A stretch of DNA of 23,717 bases from an uncultured Clostridia bacterium. Its GTDB lineage: Bacteria; Bacillota; Clostridia; Christensenellales; Aristaeellaceae. Shown piece by piece: positions 21,392-23,717 of the stretch. The notes beneath the pieces are model-generated. The model saw only the letters and a list, made by a program, of their open reading frames with translations. It ran no database searches and had not been told where the DNA came from. Position numbers and translations under genes: made by a program. The stretch lies in NCBI GenBank assembly GCA_937886445.1, contig CALGBY010000102.1, forward strand, positions 1 to 23,717, given 5' to 3'. Position 1 is the first letter of the stretch. Each line of letters opens with the position of its first letter.

Positions 21392-22573
21392 ATGGATGTC
21401 CGTCAAATCAGGGAGCAGCTTACCCAAACGATCATTCCCTTCTGGAAAAATCAAATCGATACCGTAAACGGCGGCTACACCGGGTTCATGGGCTTTGACC
21501 TCAAAAAGGACTTGTCCGCCCCTAAGGGCTGCATCCTGAACAGCAGGATATTGTGGTTCTTCTCCGAAGCGGCCATCACGCTTGATGACCCCTCGCTCAT
21601 TCCCTATGCCGACCATGCCTACCGCATGCTCATCCGCATGACGGACGAGGCGCGCGGCGGCGTTTACTGGTCCGTGAACGCGGACGGTACCGTCTGCGAC
21701 GGCACCAAGCACACCTACAATCAGGCGTTCGCGGTGTACGCCCTGTCTGCCTACTACCGCCTGACGGGCAGAAAAGAGGCGCTCGACCGCGCCGCGCAGC
21801 TGTACCGGATCATTGAAACCTACTGCCGCGACGAGGGCGGATATCTGGAGGCCTTCACCGCGGACTGGAACATCGAAAGCAATGAGAAGCTCTCCGAAAA
21901 CGGCGTCATGGCGGAGCGCACCATGAACACGCTCCTGCACGTCATGGAGGGCCTGACCGCGCTGTATGAAGTCTGGCCCGACGCGGGTCTGCTCGCTCAC
22001 CTCATCGAAATACTGGATATATTCAAAAATAAGATTTATAGTGCGGATAAACGCCGTCAGGAAGTGTTTTTTGATCATGAGTACAACACGCTCATCGACC
22101 TGCACTCCTACGGGCACGATATCGAAACCTCCTGGCTCATGGAAAAGACGCTGACCGCGCTGGGGGACGAAGCGCTGACGGGCGAAATCAGGCCGCTTCT
22201 CATCTCCCTTGCCGAAAAGACCTATGAGACCGCCTTCACGGAGAACGGCTTCCTCAACGAGTGCGAGAAGGGCGTCAACAACACCGAACGCGTCTGGTGG
22301 ATCCAGGCCGAGGCGCTGGTCGGCTTCCTTAACGCCTTTGAAAAGACGGGGGACGGGAAGTTCCTGCGCGCCGCGGAAAGCCAGTGGGCGTACATCCGCG
22401 ACCACATCGCCGATCCCCGCGCGGGCTCCGAGTGGTACTGGTCCGTCTCCGAGGACGGCACGCCCGACGCGTCTCAGCCCATCGTCAGCCAGTGGAAATG
22501 CCCCTATCACAACGGCAGAATGGCCTTCGAGGTCATCGAAAGGAGCAAGCATGAAAAGCTATCCGCAGATTGA
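21392..22573 (+). CDS. AGE-superfamily cellobiose/mannobiose 2-epimerase
   Basis: 393 aa, cytoplasmic, with RBS GGGAGGT. It reads like the (alpha/alpha)6-barrel epimerases. Motifs seen: [83 protein letters not shown] and [10 protein letters not shown]. It pairs with a GH130_1 gene, as in the known mannan pathway. Confidence 0.9.
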   Translation: MDVRQIREQLTQTIIPFWKNQIDTVNGGYTGFMGFDLKKDLSAPKGCILNSRILWFFSEAAITLDDPSLIPYADHAYRMLIRMTDEARGGVYWSVNADGTVCDGTKHTYNQAFAVYALSAYYRLTGRKEALDRAAQLYRIIETYCRDEGGYLEAFTADWNIESNEKLSENGVMAERTMNTLLHVMEGLTALYEVWPDAGLLAHLIEILDIFKNKIYSADKRRQEVFFDHEYNTLIDLHSYGHDIETSWLMEKTLTALGDEALTGEIRPLLISLAEKTYETAFTENGFLNECEKGVNNTERVWWIQAEALVGFLNAFEKTGDGKFLRAAESQWAYIRDHIADPRAGSEWYWSVSEDGTPDASQPIVSQWKCPYHNGRMAFEVIERSKHEKLSAD

Positions 22574-23717
22574 AAAGGAATACGAGGCATTGATTGCCCG
22601 CAGAAACGAAATCGATACGACCTACGATAACGGCATCTACGACCGCTGGAAGTACCCCGTGCTGACCCGCGGCCACGTGCCGCCGTTCTGGATGTATGAC
22701 CCGAACCCCGAAACCAACCCGTACATGATGAAGCGTCTGGGCATCAACGCCACCTTCAACAGCGGCGCGATCTTGCTGGACGGTAAATTCACGCTGGTCG
22801 CCCGCGTGGAGGGCTGGGACAGGAAGAGCTTTTTCGCGGTCGCCCAATCCGATAACGGCATTGACGGCTTCCGCTTCTGGGACAGGCCCGTCCTGCTTCC
22901 CGACACCTGCCCCGATGAGACCAATGTGTACGACATGCGCCTGACCCGGCACGAGGACGGCTGGATCTACGGCGTGTTCTGCTCCGAAAGCAAAGACAAG
23001 ACCTCCTCCGACCTGTCCGCGGCGGTCGCGGCGGCGGGCATCGTGCGCACCCGTGACCTCGTGAACTGGGAGCGCCTTCCCGACCTCAGGACCCTGCGCT
23101 CTCCCCAGCAGCGCAATGTGCTGCTCCACCCGGAATTCGTAAACGGCAAATACGCCTTCTACACCCGCCCGATGGACGACTTCATCGAGACCAGAAGCGG
23201 CGGAGGCATTGGCTTCGGCCTGTGCGATGACATCACGCACGCGGTCATCGACGAGGAAAAGATGACCTCCGTCCGCCGCTACCACACCATCACCGAGAGC
23301 AAAAACGGCGCGGGCGCGGTGCCCATCAAAACGGACAGGGGCTGGATCCACATCGCCCACGGCGTACGCAACACCGCGGCGGGCTTAAGATACGTCATCT
23401 ACGCCTTCGCCACAGCCCTCGATGATCCCTCCCGCGTGATTGCCGAGCCCGGCGGCTACCTCATCGCCCCGATGGGTGACGAGCGCGTGGGCGACGTCAG
23501 CAATGTCGTGTTCACCAACGGCGCCATCGCCGCTCCCGACGGCACGGTCTACATCTACTACGCCTCCAGCGACACCCGCCTGCACGTGGCCACCACCACC
23601 ATCGACCGCCTCACCGACTACGTCTTCAACACCCCCGCCGACCCCCTGCGCAGCATAGACTGCGTAAAGCAGCGCATCGCCTTCATCGACAAAAATCTGG
23701 AATTCCTGCAACAATAA
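22551..23717 (+). CDS. GH130 subfamily-1-like 4-O-beta-D-mannosyl-D-glucose phosphorylase
   Basis: In frame with ORF 22209..23717. The start is set at ATG 22551 after GAAAGGAG, overlapping the epimerase 3' end by 23 nt. It is 388 aa. Motifs seen: [112 protein letters not shown] and [20 protein letters not shown]. These closely match my memory of the B. fragilis and R. albus MGP enzymes. The stop is the last codon of the window. Confidence 0.93.
   Translation: MKSYPQIEKEYEALIARRNEIDTTYDNGIYDRWKYPVLTRGHVPPFWMYDPNPETNPYMMKRLGINATFNSGAILLDGKFTLVARVEGWDRKSFFAVAQSDNGIDGFRFWDRPVLLPDTCPDETNVYDMRLTRHEDGWIYGVFCSESKDKTSSDLSAAVAAAGIVRTRDLVNWERLPDLRTLRSPQQRNVLLHPEFVNGKYAFYTRPMDDFIETRSGGGIGFGLCDDITHAVIDEEKMTSVRRYHTITESKNGAGAVPIKTDRGWIHIAHGVRNTAAGLRYVIYAFATALDDPSRVIAEPGGYLIAPMGDERVGDVSNVVFTNGAIAAPDGTVYIYYASSDTRLHVATTTIDRLTDYVFNTPADPLRSIDCVKQRIAFIDKNLEFLQQ

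Noticed and set aside
22209-22550. A 114-aa N-terminal extension of the GH130_1 ORF, rich in P, R, S and T.
   Set aside because: It overlaps the well-supported epimerase 3' end in another frame. Known GH130_1 proteins begin close to the [12 protein letters not shown]-type sequence. GAAAGGAG precedes ATG 22551.

Overview
This is a GC-rich, Clostridia-like segment with strong G/C third-position bias and GGAGG-type RBSs. Every credible gene is on the + strand. (1) 1-1938 holds the 3' ~1.9 kb of a bacterial group II intron, with an RT/maturase ORF and recognisable domains V and VI. Its 5' end is cut by the window edge. (2) 1939-3825 has an AT-rich sigma-A promoter followed by what looks like a decayed CUT1-type ABC importer: a solute-binding protein missing most of its N-lobe, one permease missing its last TM helix, and no second permease. 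(3) 3863-23717 has a second, similar AT-rich promoter followed by a ~20 kb tightly packed beta-mannan utilisation locus. Its outer genes are textbook: a GH130_2 manno-oligosaccharide phosphorylase and a secreted CBM-GH26 mannanase at the 5' end, and a cellobiose/mannobiose 2-epimerase plus a GH130_1 mannosylglucose phosphorylase at the 3' end. The middle is not textbook. It contains a ~994-aa binding protein with two CBM6/35-like modules and a helical segment fused to an SBP domain, and two complete MalF/MalG-type permease pairs. Between those pairs sits a translationally coupled trio of membrane-tethered proteins: an NHL propeller with TPR segment and C-terminal TM, a 5-TM Yip1-like protein, and an 865-aa type-II anchored ectoprotein of unknown function. 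A secreted protein with three near-identical ~120-aa tandem modules and a second SBP follow. The window contains no ABC ATPase, regulator, tRNA, rRNA, CRISPR array or transposase. The long minus-strand ORFs are antisense artefacts of GC-rich coding sequence. All family assignments come from reading motifs by eye, without HMM or BLAST.
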